A stretch of 64,000 nucleotides of DNA from an uncultured Actinomycetes bacterium (lineage in GTDB: Bacteria > Actinomycetota > Acidimicrobiia > IMCC26256 > PALSA-610). Positions 8,879-22,000 of this stretch are shown piece by piece. How positions within the stretch are numbered: position 1 is the stretch's first letter; every line of letters begins with the position of its first letter. The notes under the pieces are model-generated. The model searched no databases and was not told where the DNA came from. It saw only the letters and a program-made list of their open reading frames with translations. The translations under genes and the position numbers were made by a program. The stretch spans positions 198,622 to 262,621 of the forward strand of contig CAVXFZ010000021.1 of NCBI GenBank assembly GCA_963761175.1. Reading direction: 5' to 3'.

Positions 8879-8884
8879 TACCAT
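8879..8884 (+). promoter_or_regulatory. Candidate -10 (TACCAT) for a leaderless divIVA transcript
   Basis: TACCAT, then 6 nt (gcaccc), then ATG 8891. No Shine-Dalgarno sequence. Same geometry as at apt, npdG and the AlkP gene. Confidence 0.35.
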
Positions 8885-8890
8885 GCACCC

Positions 8891-9891
8891 ATGGACGTGA
8901 CTCCGCGAGAACTTCGAGACATCGAGATCCGTGAGGCATTCCGCGGGTACAACCGTGACGAGGTCAACGACCTCCTCGAGCGCGCCGCGGCAACCATCGA
9001 GGCCCTCAGCGATCGGGCCCGGGCCCTCGGCGAACGCCTCACCACCCAGCAGCAGAGCGGTGGCGACACCGGCCGCGGTCGCGACACGGAAGACATGCTG
9101 CACCGCACGCTGCTTCTCGCGCAGCGCGCCGCCGACGAGGCGATCGCCGAAGCGCAGTCGAAGGCTCGCGAGCTCGTCGACGACGCCGAAGCACGTAGCC
9201 GCCGCATGATCGCGGAGGCGACGATCGAAGCGCGGCGCACGAGCGAGACCGAGCACCGTCGACTCGAGCAGGAGGTCAAGGATCTCCAGACGCGCCGCGA
9301 CCTCCTGCGCAACGACGTCGACGGCCTCGAGCACTACGAGTCGGACTACCGGTCGCGACTCGTCCGCGCGATCGAGAAGGACCTGCAGGCGATCAAGGAC
9401 CGGGGCGTGTCGACGCCCGGCCCGCGTCCGGAGTTGAGCGACGCGAGCTCGCCGAGCAACGGTTCGGACGACGTCGATCCGCGCACGATCGAGCTCGACG
9501 TGCGCGCCTACCTCGACGACAAGGCGCGCCCGCTCATCGGATCGGGTGGCGGGCCGGCGGGAGGCTCACCCGCGTCGACCGAGCCGGCCAGTTCGAGCGG
9601 GTCGCCCGCGTCTGAATCAGCCGTCGAAGCGAAGATCGCGACCGACACCGACACCGACGCCTCGACCGCCGACACCGCGTCCGCGTCCGCGTCCGGGACG
9701 ATCGATCTCTTCGGTGCGGAGCAAGCTGCCGCGCCAACGTCCTCACTCGACGACGATTCCTTCTTCGCCTCGCTGCGCGACGCGGTACGCGACGACGCGC
9801 CGCTCGGTCCGCGCGACGGTGACGACAGCGCGCTGTTCGATCAGGACAGCAAGGACGCGCCGTCGTTCCGCGAGACGTTCAAGCGCCGCCG

Positions 9892-9895
<4 letters not shown>
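8891..9895 (+). CDS. divIVA: DivIVA/Wag31-type polar growth and division protein
   Basis: 334 aa, N-terminal MDVTPRELRDIEIREAFRGYNRDEVNDLLERAA DivIVA domain, coiled coil, low-complexity S/T/D/A-rich tail. Confidence 0.9.
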
Positions 9896-13023
<3,128 letters not shown>

Positions 13024-13128
13024 TGGGTACGCGGACCCGCTTCCTTTCGACCGTGCTTCCCGCGGTAGCCTCGCTCATCCCCGCCATACAGCTGCCTCGC
13101 AGCTGCGTCGTTCGCAAGGAGCGTTGCG

Positions 13129-14625
13129 TTGTCTGCCGAGTCGCGTCATCCCGGCCGCTGGAGCGTGGCGCTCGCGGCCATCCTTTTCAGCGCGCTCGTC
13201 CCCTTCGTCACCGCGGCCCCCGCATCGGCCGCCGCACCGGCGCCACACGGCGACGACACGGTGCTCACCTTCGGCGCCGCAGGCTTCTACGGGTCGACCC
13301 ACGGTCGTCACCTCTCGGCGCCCATCGTCGGGATGGCGTCCACGCCGTCGGGCAAGGGCTACTGGCTCGCGGCCTCTGACGGTGGGGTGTTCTCCTTCGG
13401 CGACGCGACCTTCCACGGATCCGCGGGCGGCATCCATCTCAACCAGGCGATCATCGCGATCGTCGCGACTCCGGCCGGCAAGGGCTACTGGCTGGTCGGC
13501 TCCGACGGCGGCGTCTTCTCCTTCGGCGACGCGGCCTTCTACGGCTCGACGGGCTCGATGCACCTGAACGCACCGATCATCGGCATGACGGCGTCGCCTT
13601 CGGGTCACGGCTACTGGCTGATGGCACGCGACGGCGGCGTCTTCAGCTTCGGTGACGCGACGTTCCACGGTTCCACGGGCTCGATGCACCTGAACGCACC
13701 GATCGTGGGGATGGCCTCGACGGCGTCCGGTCATGGGTACTGGCTGGTGGCACGCGACGGCGGCATCTTCAGCTTCGGTGACGCGACGTTCCACGGTTCG
13801 ACCGGTTCGCTGCACCTTGCCGCGCCGATCGTCGGCATGGCGGCGACGGCGAGCGGGCACGGCTACTGGCTCGCGGCCCGCGACGGCGGCATCTTCAGCT
13901 TCGGCGTCGCGCCCTTCGAAGGCAGCGGTGCGGGTCACGTCTCGTCGATCGACCAGGTCGTGCAGATCACGTCGGTGCACACCGGGTACGGGTACCGGCT
14001 CCTCGTCCTGCCCCTGCCGTTCGACACGCCGCTGCTCTCACCCGGCGCGAGCGGTCCCGCGGTGGTCGCGCTGCAGCAGCACCTGCTCGCGCTCGGCTAC
14101 TGGCTCGACACCGCGAACGGCAACTACGGCCTGACGACGCAGCAGGCGGTCTACGCCTTCCAGAAGGTGGAGGGCCTGCCGCGGACCGGGATCGTCGACA
14201 TCCGCACGAGTCAGGCACTCGAGACCGCCCGACGCCCGGCCCCCCGTTCGACCGCGGGGTACGTCGCCGAGGTCGACCAGGAACACCAGGTCATCTTCAT
14301 CGAGCGCGACGGCGCCACGCTCTGGGTGATCAACACGTCGACCGGTTCGGGCATCCCCTACACGCTCGACGGCGTCCGGTACACGGCGCAGACGCCCAAC
14401 GGTCACTTCACGGTGATCAGCCAGATCAACGGGAACGACATCTCCCCGCTCGGGCAGCTGTGGCGGCCGAAGTTCTTCACCAGAACCGGCATCGCCTTCC
14501 ACGGATCGCCGTCGATCCCGCCGTATCCGGCGTCCCACGGCTGCGTGCGGATGACGAACGCGGCGATCGACTGGATCTGGGCGAGCAACACGATCCCGAT
14601 CGGGACCGCGGTCTGGGTCTACTGA
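13129..14625 (+). CDS. Secreted L,D-transpeptidase: signal peptide + six 42-aa repeats + PG-binding domain + YkuD catalytic domain
   Basis: TTG start with AAGGAG 7 nt upstream. Signal peptide ...TAAPASA|AAP. Repeats GYWL..DGG[VI]FSFGDA.F.GS. LALGYWLDTANGNYGLTTQQAVYAFQKVEGLPRTG (PG_binding_1-like). HGSPSIPPYPASHGCVRM (YkuD active site). Confidence 0.85.
   Translation: MSAESRHPGRWSVALAAILFSALVPFVTAAPASAAAPAPHGDDTVLTFGAAGFYGSTHGRHLSAPIVGMASTPSGKGYWLAASDGGVFSFGDATFHGSAGGIHLNQAIIAIVATPAGKGYWLVGSDGGVFSFGDAAFYGSTGSMHLNAPIIGMTASPSGHGYWLMARDGGVFSFGDATFHGSTGSMHLNAPIVGMASTASGHGYWLVARDGGIFSFGDATFHGSTGSLHLAAPIVGMAATASGHGYWLAARDGGIFSFGVAPFEGSGAGHVSSIDQVVQITSVHTGYGYRLLVLPLPFDTPLLSPGASGPAVVALQQHLLALGYWLDTANGNYGLTTQQAVYAFQKVEGLPRTGIVDIRTSQALETARRPAPRSTAGYVAEVDQEHQVIFIERDGATLWVINTSTGSGIPYTLDGVRYTAQTPNGHFTVISQINGNDISPLGQLWRPKFFTRTGIAFHGSPSIPPYPASHGCVRMTNAAIDWIWASNTIPIGTAVWVY
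13246..14008 (+). repeat. Coding tandem repeat, 126-bp (42-aa) period, about 6 units
   Basis: The Trp of GYWL recurs at aa 79, 121, 163, 205 and 247. DNA units starting 13555 and 13681 are nearly identical (tcgatgcacctgaacgcaccgatc...). Confidence 0.85.
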
Positions 14626-14806
14626 CGGCCGATGCGCCCGCCCGGCTCTCGGGTGCGGTGCGACGAGCTCTCGGCGGGCCGGGCCGTCGCGGCGCGCGCG
14701 CGGTCGGTGAGGTCGCGATCGCCCCGCGGTGATGAGTACAATCCGGCGCCCTGATCGGGCGGGACGCGGAGCCGGTCACCGCGGGCGCCGAGGGAAGGAT
14801 CGTTTC

Positions 14807-15730
14807 ATGGCCAAGGGAACGCGCACGGCTACGCCAAGCAGAGCCGGCTCGGCGCGCACGGCGGCGGCACCCGCCCGCGCGGCCCGGACCACGACGAAGC
14901 AGGCCGCGCCCAAGGCGGCGACCGCGGCCCGGCGGACGGCGAAGGTGCCCGTGAAGGGCGCGGCGAAGGCGAAGGTGAGCGCGAAGGTCGCCGCGAAGAA
15001 GGCGCACGCGAAGGCGCCGGCCAAGGCCGTGAGGAAGGTGGCGAAGGCTCCCGCGAAGGCCGCGGGGAAGTCGCCCGCGAAGGCGACGAAGAAGGTGGCG
15101 AAGGTTCCTGCGAAGGCCGCGTCGAAGGCGAAGGCGAAGGCGACGGGGAAGGCGACGAAGAAGGCGCCCGCGAAGGTCGCCTCGAAGGCGACCGCGAAAG
15201 CGACGGCAAAGCCGACCAAGGCGGCGGCAAAGGCGGCCAAGAAGGCGCCGGCCACGAAGCCGAAGGCGCCGAAAGGTCCGCCGGCGCTCGTTCCGAAGGC
15301 CGCGCCGACGCGCCCGGTGCTCTCGGAGGTGGTCGTGCGCAAGCACCGCACGCCCGCCGTCGCCGCGAGCACGCTCGAGCGGCTACGCGCGCAACTGATC
15401 GAGGAGCGAGACCATCACCTCCGCCAGGCCGACGACCTGCTCGCCGAGGCCGAGGCGCTCGCGACCGAGCGGGAACCCGGCGATACGCAGTTCGACGAGG
15501 AGTCGGGCGAAGGCGACACGTTGAGCGTCGAGCGCGAGCGTGACCTCGCGCTGTCGGCGAGCGCGCGCCAGACCGTCGACGACATCGCCAAGGCGCTCGC
15601 CCGCATGGACGACGGCAGCTACGGCTACTGCGAAATCTGCGGCGACCGGATCCCCGTCCCCCGGCTCGAGGCGATCCCGTGGGCCGATCAGTGCGTGAAG
15701 TGCAAGTCGCGTGGAGAGCGGCGCCGCTGA
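14807..15730 (+). CDS. Bipartite protein: N-terminal Lys/Ala/Pro-rich histone-H1-like tail + C-terminal DksA/TraR C4 zinc finger (DdbA-like)
   Basis: ATG 14807 with GGGAAGGA RBS. About 185 aa of AKKA/PAKA/KATKK repeats, a coiled-coil segment, then CEIC-x17-CVKC. Lies immediately upstream of lspA. Confidence 0.85.
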   Translation: MAKGTRTATPSRAGSARTAAAPARAARTTTKQAAPKAATAARRTAKVPVKGAAKAKVSAKVAAKKAHAKAPAKAVRKVAKAPAKAAGKSPAKATKKVAKVPAKAASKAKAKATGKATKKAPAKVASKATAKATAKPTKAAAKAAKKAPATKPKAPKGPPALVPKAAPTRPVLSEVVVRKHRTPAVAASTLERLRAQLIEERDHHLRQADDLLAEAEALATEREPGDTQFDEESGEGDTLSVERERDLALSASARQTVDDIAKALARMDDGSYGYCEICGDRIPVPRLEAIPWADQCVKCKSRGERRR

Positions 15731-16235
15731 GCCGGGTCCGCCGGCCGCCGCAGTGAGGGCGCGTCCGAGCCGACTCGCCGGCGCCGGGGCGGTCGTCGCG
15801 TGCATCGTGGCGGCCGACCAGGCGACCAAGTCGTACGCCGTTGCGCACTGGGAGACACACCCGAAGTCGCTCATCGGTTCGCACGTCGAATTGGTCGTGA
15901 CCCGCAACTCGGGCAGCGCGTTCAGTCGCTTCCAAGGGCTCACGCCGCTCCTCGCGCTCGGCGCGATCGTCATCACCGTCGTGCTCGTCCGCATCGCGCG
16001 CAGCACCAGCGATCGCGTCACGTTCGCGGCGCTCGTGGTGCTGCTCGGCGGCGCGCTCGGCAACCTCACCGACCGGCTCCTGCGATCGCCGGCCTTCTTC
16101 CGCGGCTACGTGGTCGACTTCGTGAAGGTCGGTTGGTGGCCCGTGTTCAACGTCGCCGACTCCTGTATCACGGTCGGCGCGATCCTCCTGCTCTGGCGGG
16201 CGTTCGCCGTTCCGAACGACGAGGCGTGCCGGTGA
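15711..16235 (+). CDS. lspA: Lipoprotein signal peptidase II
   Basis: TRNSGSAFS, GNLTDRL and VFNVADSCITVGA motifs. GTG 15711 overlaps the upstream gene by 20 nt. In-frame GTG 15753 is an equally plausible start. Confidence 0.9.
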   Translation: MESGAAEPGPPAAAVRARPSRLAGAGAVVACIVAADQATKSYAVAHWETHPKSLIGSHVELVVTRNSGSAFSRFQGLTPLLALGAIVITVVLVRIARSTSDRVTFAALVVLLGGALGNLTDRLLRSPAFFRGYVVDFVKVGWWPVFNVADSCITVGAILLLWRAFAVPNDEACR

Positions 16236-17212
16236 CGGACGGGCGCGGGAGCGGCGGCGAGGTCCCCGGCGGCGAGACCATCATCGTTCCCTCCGCCCTC
16301 GCGGGCGAGCGCGTCGATCGCGCCGTCGCGCTGCTCACCGGCTGGAGCCGGGCAGACGTACAGGTACTCGTCGAGGCGCACGAGGTGCTCGTCGACGGCG
16401 CGCCGGTCGCGAAGAGTCGGCGCCTCGAAGCCGGGGCTGTCGTCGAGCTCCTTGCGTCGCCGCGGCCCGACGCGCTCCCGGGCGCCGAATCGCTGCCGAT
16501 CGACGTCCGTTATGCCGATCCCGACATCGTCGTGGTGGCCAAGCCCGCGGGGCTCGTCGTGCACCCCGGCGCCGGAAACGAGCACGGAACGCTCGTGTCC
16601 GGCCTGCTCGCGCGCTTCCCCGAGATCGCGGCGGTGGGCGATCCCGCGCGACCGGGCATCGTGCACCGGCTCGACCGCGAGACGAGCGGCCTCCTCGTCG
16701 TGGCGCGTTCGCAGCGCGCGTACACGGCGCTCGTCGCGCAGCTCGCGGCGCGCTCCGTCGAGCGTCGCTACCAAGCGCTGGTGTGGGGCGTGCCCGACGC
16801 GCGCAACGGGGTGATCGACGCGCCGATCGGGCGATCCGAAGGTCGCCGCACGCGCATGGCAGTGCGCACCGGCGGCCGTCCGGCGCGCACCGCGTACACG
16901 GTGGAGCACACGTGGCGCGCACCACTCGTCGCCCAACTCGAATGCCGGCTCGAGACGGGACGCACGCACCAGATCCGCGTGCACCTCGCGGCGATCGGGC
17001 ATCCCGTCGTCGGCGACGGCACCTACCGCGGCCGGCGCGACGCGCTCACACTGGCGCGCCCGTTCCTCCACGCCGCGACCCTCGGCTTCGTCCACCCCGG
17101 CACCGGAGCCGCCGTGCACTTCGAGGAACCCTTGCCGGCCGACCTGGTCGCGGTGCTCGACACGCTCGGCCCGCCCGATCCGCCGCCCGCGCCGGGCCCG
17201 CCCCGTCGGTAG
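16232..17212 (+). CDS. rluD: RluA-family 23S rRNA pseudouridine synthase (RluD-like)
   Basis: GTG 16232 (GTGA overlap with the lspA stop) inside ORF 15800..17212. S4-like N-terminus and HRLDRETSGLLVVARS catalytic motif. Confidence 0.9.
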   Translation: MTDGRGSGGEVPGGETIIVPSALAGERVDRAVALLTGWSRADVQVLVEAHEVLVDGAPVAKSRRLEAGAVVELLASPRPDALPGAESLPIDVRYADPDIVVVAKPAGLVVHPGAGNEHGTLVSGLLARFPEIAAVGDPARPGIVHRLDRETSGLLVVARSQRAYTALVAQLAARSVERRYQALVWGVPDARNGVIDAPIGRSEGRRTRMAVRTGGRPARTAYTVEHTWRAPLVAQLECRLETGRTHQIRVHLAAIGHPVVGDGTYRGRRDALTLARPFLHAATLGFVHPGTGAAVHFEEPLPADLVAVLDTLGPPDPPPAPGPPRR

Positions 17213-17249
17213 CTCGCGCGCGCGTGCGGCGCGCGGCGACGGCGCGGGG

Positions 17250-17663
17250 TCAGCCCTGTTCGTGGCCGACGCGCGTGCGGCGCACGAGGTCGGCGAGGGT
17301 GAAACGGTCGAGCACCTTGCGGGTCTCCTCGGAGAGCTCGACCCACACCTCTTGCAGCACGCAGTGGCCCTCGCAGTGATCGTGGTCGGAGACGAGCGCC
17401 GGCTGCGGTCCTTCCACCGCCGCGACGATGTCGGCGAGCGTGATCTCGGCGGGCGTGCGGGCGAGCACGTAGCCGCCGCCGACGCCCCGCTTCGACCGCA
17501 CGAGCCCCGCGCCCTTCACCGAGAGCAGGATCTGCTCGAGATACGGCTGGGGGAGCCCGGTGCGCTCGGCGATCTCCTTCACGGAGGTCGGGCGCTCCTC
17601 GCCGTGGAGGGCCAACGACAGCAGCGCACGCGCCGCGTAGTCGCTGCGAGTCGAGACCTTCAC
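17250..17663 (-). CDS. Rrf2-family transcriptional regulator
   Basis: 137 aa, MKVSTRSDYAARALLSLA...SVKEIAERTGLPQPYLEQILLSVKGAGLVRSKRGVGGGY winged-helix signature. Confidence 0.9.
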   Translation of the reverse strand: MKVSTRSDYAARALLSLALHGEERPTSVKEIAERTGLPQPYLEQILLSVKGAGLVRSKRGVGGGYVLARTPAEITLADIVAAVEGPQPALVSDHDHCEGHCVLQEVWVELSEETRKVLDRFTLADLVRRTRVGHEQG

Positions 17664-17737
17664 GAGGGCGTTCCCGGCACCACCCCATCGTAACGGTCCG
17701 GTTCTCCAAACCGTTCGGGCCGGCGGTCCGGGCGGTT

Positions 17738-17743
17738 TAGCCT
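17738..17743 (+). promoter_or_regulatory. Candidate -10 (TAGCCT) for a leaderless transcript of the AlkP-family gene
   Basis: TAGCCT, then 6 nt (gcgggg), then ATG 17750. No SD. Confidence 0.35.
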
Positions 17744-17749
17744 GCGGGG

Positions 17750-18847
17750 ATGGCGATCGCGGTCCCCGTGCTCCCGCAGCTCGCCGGCGCCTCGGTCGCG
17801 GGGCTCGTGCCCGCGCTGGTCGGGGGCCGGCCGGCGCCGTGGCTGCCGGAAGCGGCGCGCGACGCGGCGAGCGTCGTGCTGCTCGTGCTCGACGGTCTCG
17901 GTGCCAACGAGATCGAGCGCCGGCCTTCCACCTTGCCGGTGCTCGCCGGCATGGGAGGAACGCGCATCACGACTGTCGTCCCGTCGACGACCGCGACCGC
18001 GCTGACGTCGATCGCGACCGGACTCGCGCCCGCGCAGCACGGTGTGCTCGGTTTCCGCATGCTCGTCGGCGACGACGTGCTCAACGTGCTGCGCTGGCAG
18101 ACCGACGGGCGCAAGCCGCCGGATCCGTTCACCGTGCAACGCCACGACGCGTTCCTCGGCCGCCCGGTGCCGGTCGTGACGCGCGGCGAGTTCCGCGATT
18201 CGGGGTTCTCGCAGGCTCACCTTCGCGGCGCGACGATCGTCGGTTGGCGCACGCCCTCGACGCTCGTCGAGCACTGCCGCCGGCTCGTTCTCGCGGGGGA
18301 GAAGTTCGTCTACGCCTACTACCCCGGCGTCGACGAGGTGGCGCACGAGTTCGGCCTGCTGGACGAGTACTACGCGCGTGAGCTCGGCGCGGTCGATGCG
18401 CTCGTGGGTGCCCTGCTCGATGCGCTCCCGGAGCGCGCGGTGCTACTCGTGACCGCCGATCACGGGCAGGTGCACCTCGAACCGGAATCGTGGGTCGAGA
18501 TCGACGACCTGCACCCGATGATCTCGGTGCAGGCCGGCGACGGCCGCTTCCGCTATCTGTACGCGAAGCATGGGATGGCCGGCGACCTCCTGGCCGCGGC
18601 GCACGAGCGCTTCGACGCGACGGCATGGGTCGTGAGTCGGCGCGAGCTCCTCGACGCCGGGTGGATCGGCCCGGGCGCGACGGGCACCGTGCCCGGTCGC
18701 ATCGGCGACGTCGTGCTCGCGGCGCGAGAACCGGTCGCCTTCGTCGATCCGGCGATGCCGCGCGAGCGGGGGCTGCGGTCCGCGCACGGCAGCCTCACGG
18801 CCGACGAGATGTGGGTGCCGCTGCGCTGCGCCCGGGGCCGGGCCTGA
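17750..18847 (+). CDS. Alkaline-phosphatase superfamily protein (nucleotide pyrophosphatase/phosphodiesterase-like)
   Basis: 365 aa, VLLVLDGLGANE...VVPSTTATALTSIATGLAPAQHG (metal-binding Asp and nucleophile Thr region), ...VTADHGQV. Confidence 0.75.
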   Translation: MAIAVPVLPQLAGASVAGLVPALVGGRPAPWLPEAARDAASVVLLVLDGLGANEIERRPSTLPVLAGMGGTRITTVVPSTTATALTSIATGLAPAQHGVLGFRMLVGDDVLNVLRWQTDGRKPPDPFTVQRHDAFLGRPVPVVTRGEFRDSGFSQAHLRGATIVGWRTPSTLVEHCRRLVLAGEKFVYAYYPGVDEVAHEFGLLDEYYARELGAVDALVGALLDALPERAVLLVTADHGQVHLEPESWVEIDDLHPMISVQAGDGRFRYLYAKHGMAGDLLAAAHERFDATAWVVSRRELLDAGWIGPGATGTVPGRIGDVVLAAREPVAFVDPAMPRERGLRSAHGSLTADEMWVPLRCARGRA

Positions 18848-18893
18848 CGGAGGGGGTGCCGGCGCGGCCGCGGCGCGGTATCGTCGGAGCCGG

Positions 18894-18948
18894 GAATCAC
18901 ACTCGTGTGATTCGTCCACAGCCTTCTCCACAGGGGTTGTGGAGAAGG
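18894..18948. promoter_or_regulatory. Two adjacent perfect palindromes upstream of dnaE (operator or RNA hairpins, function unknown)
   Basis: P1 is GAATCACAC-tc-GTGTGATTC (18894-18913). P2 is CCTTCTCCACA-ggggt-TGTGGAGAAGG (18922-18948). Both were verified base by base. The stretch is locally AT-richer than its surroundings. Confidence 0.5.
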
Positions 18949-19008
18949 TGCCGGCCGCACGAATCCCAGCCGCAGCCGCCGCCGTGAGAGGGCCAGGAGC
19001 CGCCCGCG

Positions 19009-22000
19009 ATGCCGAAGTCGTTCGTCCACCTGCACCTCCACACCGAGTACTCGATGCTCGACGGCGCGTCCCGGGTGGACGACGCGGTAGGTGCGGTGGT
19101 CGCCGACGGGCAGCCCGCGATCGGCATCACCGACCACGGCAACATGTACGGCGTCCTGGAGCTGTACCGCTCGGCTCGCGACGCGGGCATCACGCCGGTG
19201 CTCGGGATGGAGGCCTACTTCGTCGACGGCTCCCGTTACGAGCGCCCGAAGCGCTCCGAGCACGAGATCTACCACCTCACCCTGCTCGCGGAGACGAACG
19301 CCGGGTACCACAACCTCATCCAGCTGAGCAGCGCGGCGTATCTCGACGGCTACTACTACCGGCCCCGAACCGACTGGGAGCTGCTCGAGCGCCATCACGA
19401 GGGGCTCACCGCGTCGAGCGGTTGCCTCGGCGGGCTCGTGTGCCAGCACATCCTCGAGGGGCGCCACAGCGCCGCGCGCGACGCCGCGGCGCGCATGCAG
19501 GACATCTTCGGTCGCGACCACTTCTTCATCGAGGTCCAGGACCACGGCCTCGACGACGACGAGCGTGTGAGCAAGCCGCTGCTCGACATCGCGCACGAGA
19601 TCGGCGCGCCACTCCTCGCCACGAACGACAGCCACTACACGGAGGCGAAGCACGCGGAGGCACACGACGCGTTGCTGTGCGTGCAGACCGGCGCGCTGCA
19701 GAGCGACGCGAACCGCTTCCGCTTCGAGGGCCACGACTTCTACATCAAGAGCGCGGCCGAGATGCGCGACGTGTTCCGCGACCTGCCGGAGGCGTGCGAC
19801 AACACGCTGCTCGTCGCCGAGCGCTCGGACGTCGAGCTGTCGTTCGGGATGGACGTGCTCCCGGCGTTCCCGGTTCCCGAGGGCCACGACGAGAACTCGT
19901 ACCTGCGCGAGCTCGCGTTCGAAGGCGCCAAGGACCGCTACGGCCGGTCGCCGGCGTTGCACGTGCTCGAACGGCTCGAGTACGAGCTCGGCGTGATCAA
20001 GACGATGGGGTTCTCGGCCTACTTCCTCGTCGTCTGGGACCTCGTCCGGTACGCGAAGTCGCACGGCATCAGGGTGGGGCCCGGGCGGGGGAGCGCAGCG
20101 GGTTCTTGCGTCGCGTACTGCCTGCGCATCGTCGACATCGACCCGATCAAGTACGACCTGCTGTTCGAGCGGTTCCTCAACCCGGGCCGCAAGCAGATGC
20201 CCGACATCGACATGGACTTCGACTCGCGATACCGCGGCGACATGATCAAGTACGCGGCGCAGAAGTACGGAACCGATCGGGTCGCGCAGATCATCACGTT
20301 CTCCACGATCAAGGCGCGCGCCGCGGTACGCGACGCGGCGCGCGTGCTCGGATACCCGTACGGCCTCGGCGATCGGGTCGCGAAGCTCATGCCGCCGCTC
20401 GTCATGGGACGCGACACGCCGCTGCGCGCCTGCTTCGACGAAGACCCGAAGTACACCGACGGCTACAAGATGGCCGCGGAGTTGCGCGAGCTCTACGGCG
20501 CCGACCCCGACGTCAAGCGCGTCGTCGACGTCGCCCGCGGGCTCGAAGGCCTGCGCCGCCAGGACGGAATACACGCGGCCGCGGTCGTCATCACGCGCGA
20601 CCCGCTCACCGACTACCTGCCGATCCAGCGCAAGCCCGAGCCGGGAACGCCGATCGAGGAATCCCCGATCGTCACGCAGTACGAGATGCACGGGGTCGAG
20701 GAGCTCGGACTCCTCAAGATGGACTTCCTCGGGCTGCGCAACCTCGACGTGATGGAGGTCACCCTCGACCTCATCGCGCGTTCCACCGGGGAGCGCGTCG
20801 ACATCGACGCCTTGCCGCTCGACAACGCGAAGACGTTCGACCTCCTGCGCAGCGGCGAGACGATCGGGGTGTTCCAGCTCGAAGGCGGGCCGATGCGCGC
20901 GCTCATTCGCTCGCTCGCGCCCACGTCGTTCGAAGACGTCGCCGCCCTCGTCGCGCTCTACCGGCCGGGCCCGATGGGCACGAACATGCACACCGACTAC
21001 GCGGCCCGCAAGAACGGGCGCCAGGCGGTGAAGTACTACCACCCCGATGTCGAGGAGATCCTGGCTCCCACCTACGGGTTGATGATCTACCAAGAGCAGC
21101 TCATGCGCGTCGCGCAGCGGCTCGCGGGGTACAGCCTCGGTGAGGCCGACACGCTGCGCAAGGCCGCCGCGAAGAAGAAGCGCGACCTCATGGCGAAGGA
21201 GCGCTCGAAGTTCGTCGACAGCGTCGAGAAGCAGGGTTACGGCCGCGAGTTCGGGTCGGAGATCTTCGACATCATCGAGCCGTTCGCCGACTACTCGTTC
21301 CCGAAGGCGCACGCGTTCGGTTACGGCCTGATCGCGTACCAGACCGCCTACCTGAAGGCGAACTACCCGGTCCAGTACCTGGCCGCGCTCCTCACGAGCG
21401 TGAAGTCGAACCAGGACAAGGCGGCCGTCTACCTGAACGAGTGCCGCCTCCTCGACATCCCGGTGCTCGTCCCCGACGTCAACGAGTCGGAGAGCGACTT
21501 CGGCGTCCGCCTGGCCCGCGAAGAAGGTGAAGCCGAGCGCGGGGCGTCCACGAGCGCGGGTGCGATCCGGTTCGGGCTCTCCGCGGTGCGCAACGTCGGC
21601 GAAGGCGTCGCGGAGTTCATCCTGAAGGCGCGCGGCGACGGTGGTCCGTTCTCCGACTTCTACGACTTCTGCGAGCGCGTCGATCCGCTCGCCCTCAACA
21701 AGCGCACGATCGAATCGCTCGTGAAAGCGGGCGCCTTCGACTCGCTCGGGCACCCGCGCCAGGGCCTGCTGCTCGTCCTCGAGCAGATCGTCGACCGCGT
21801 CCTGCGCCGCCGGCGCGAGCGCGACCAGGGCACGCTGTCGTTCTTCGACCTCGACCCCGATGTCGGCGGGCTCGAAGCCGGCTTCGACGAGCGCGAGCCG
21901 ATCCCCGACACGGAGTTCGACAAGGCGCAGCGGCTCGCGTTCGAGAAGGAGATGCTCGGGCTGTACGTCTCCGACCACCCGCTGCTTGGTGCGCGCCGCG

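Noticed and set aside
13024-13128. T-box riboswitch in the ileS leader, expected because actinobacterial ileS genes often have one
   Set aside because: The minus-strand leader contains GGCUACCGCGGG, which resembles the T-box core UGGUACCGCG. However, the UGGN tRNA-acceptor-binding bulge is not matched. There is no AUC/AUU/AUA specifier triplet anywhere in the 105-nt leader. Only generic hairpins such as CAGCUG-cgagg-CAGCUG are present. A covariance-model scan would be the decisive test.
18894-18913. CRP/FNR-type or NrdR-type operator for the GAATCACACTCGTGTGATTC palindrome
   Set aside because: The half-sites have the opposite polarity and spacing to TGTGA-N6-TCACA. The AT-rich core of the NrdR box (ACACwAtATaTwGTGT) is missing. 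It is kept only as an unassigned palindrome.
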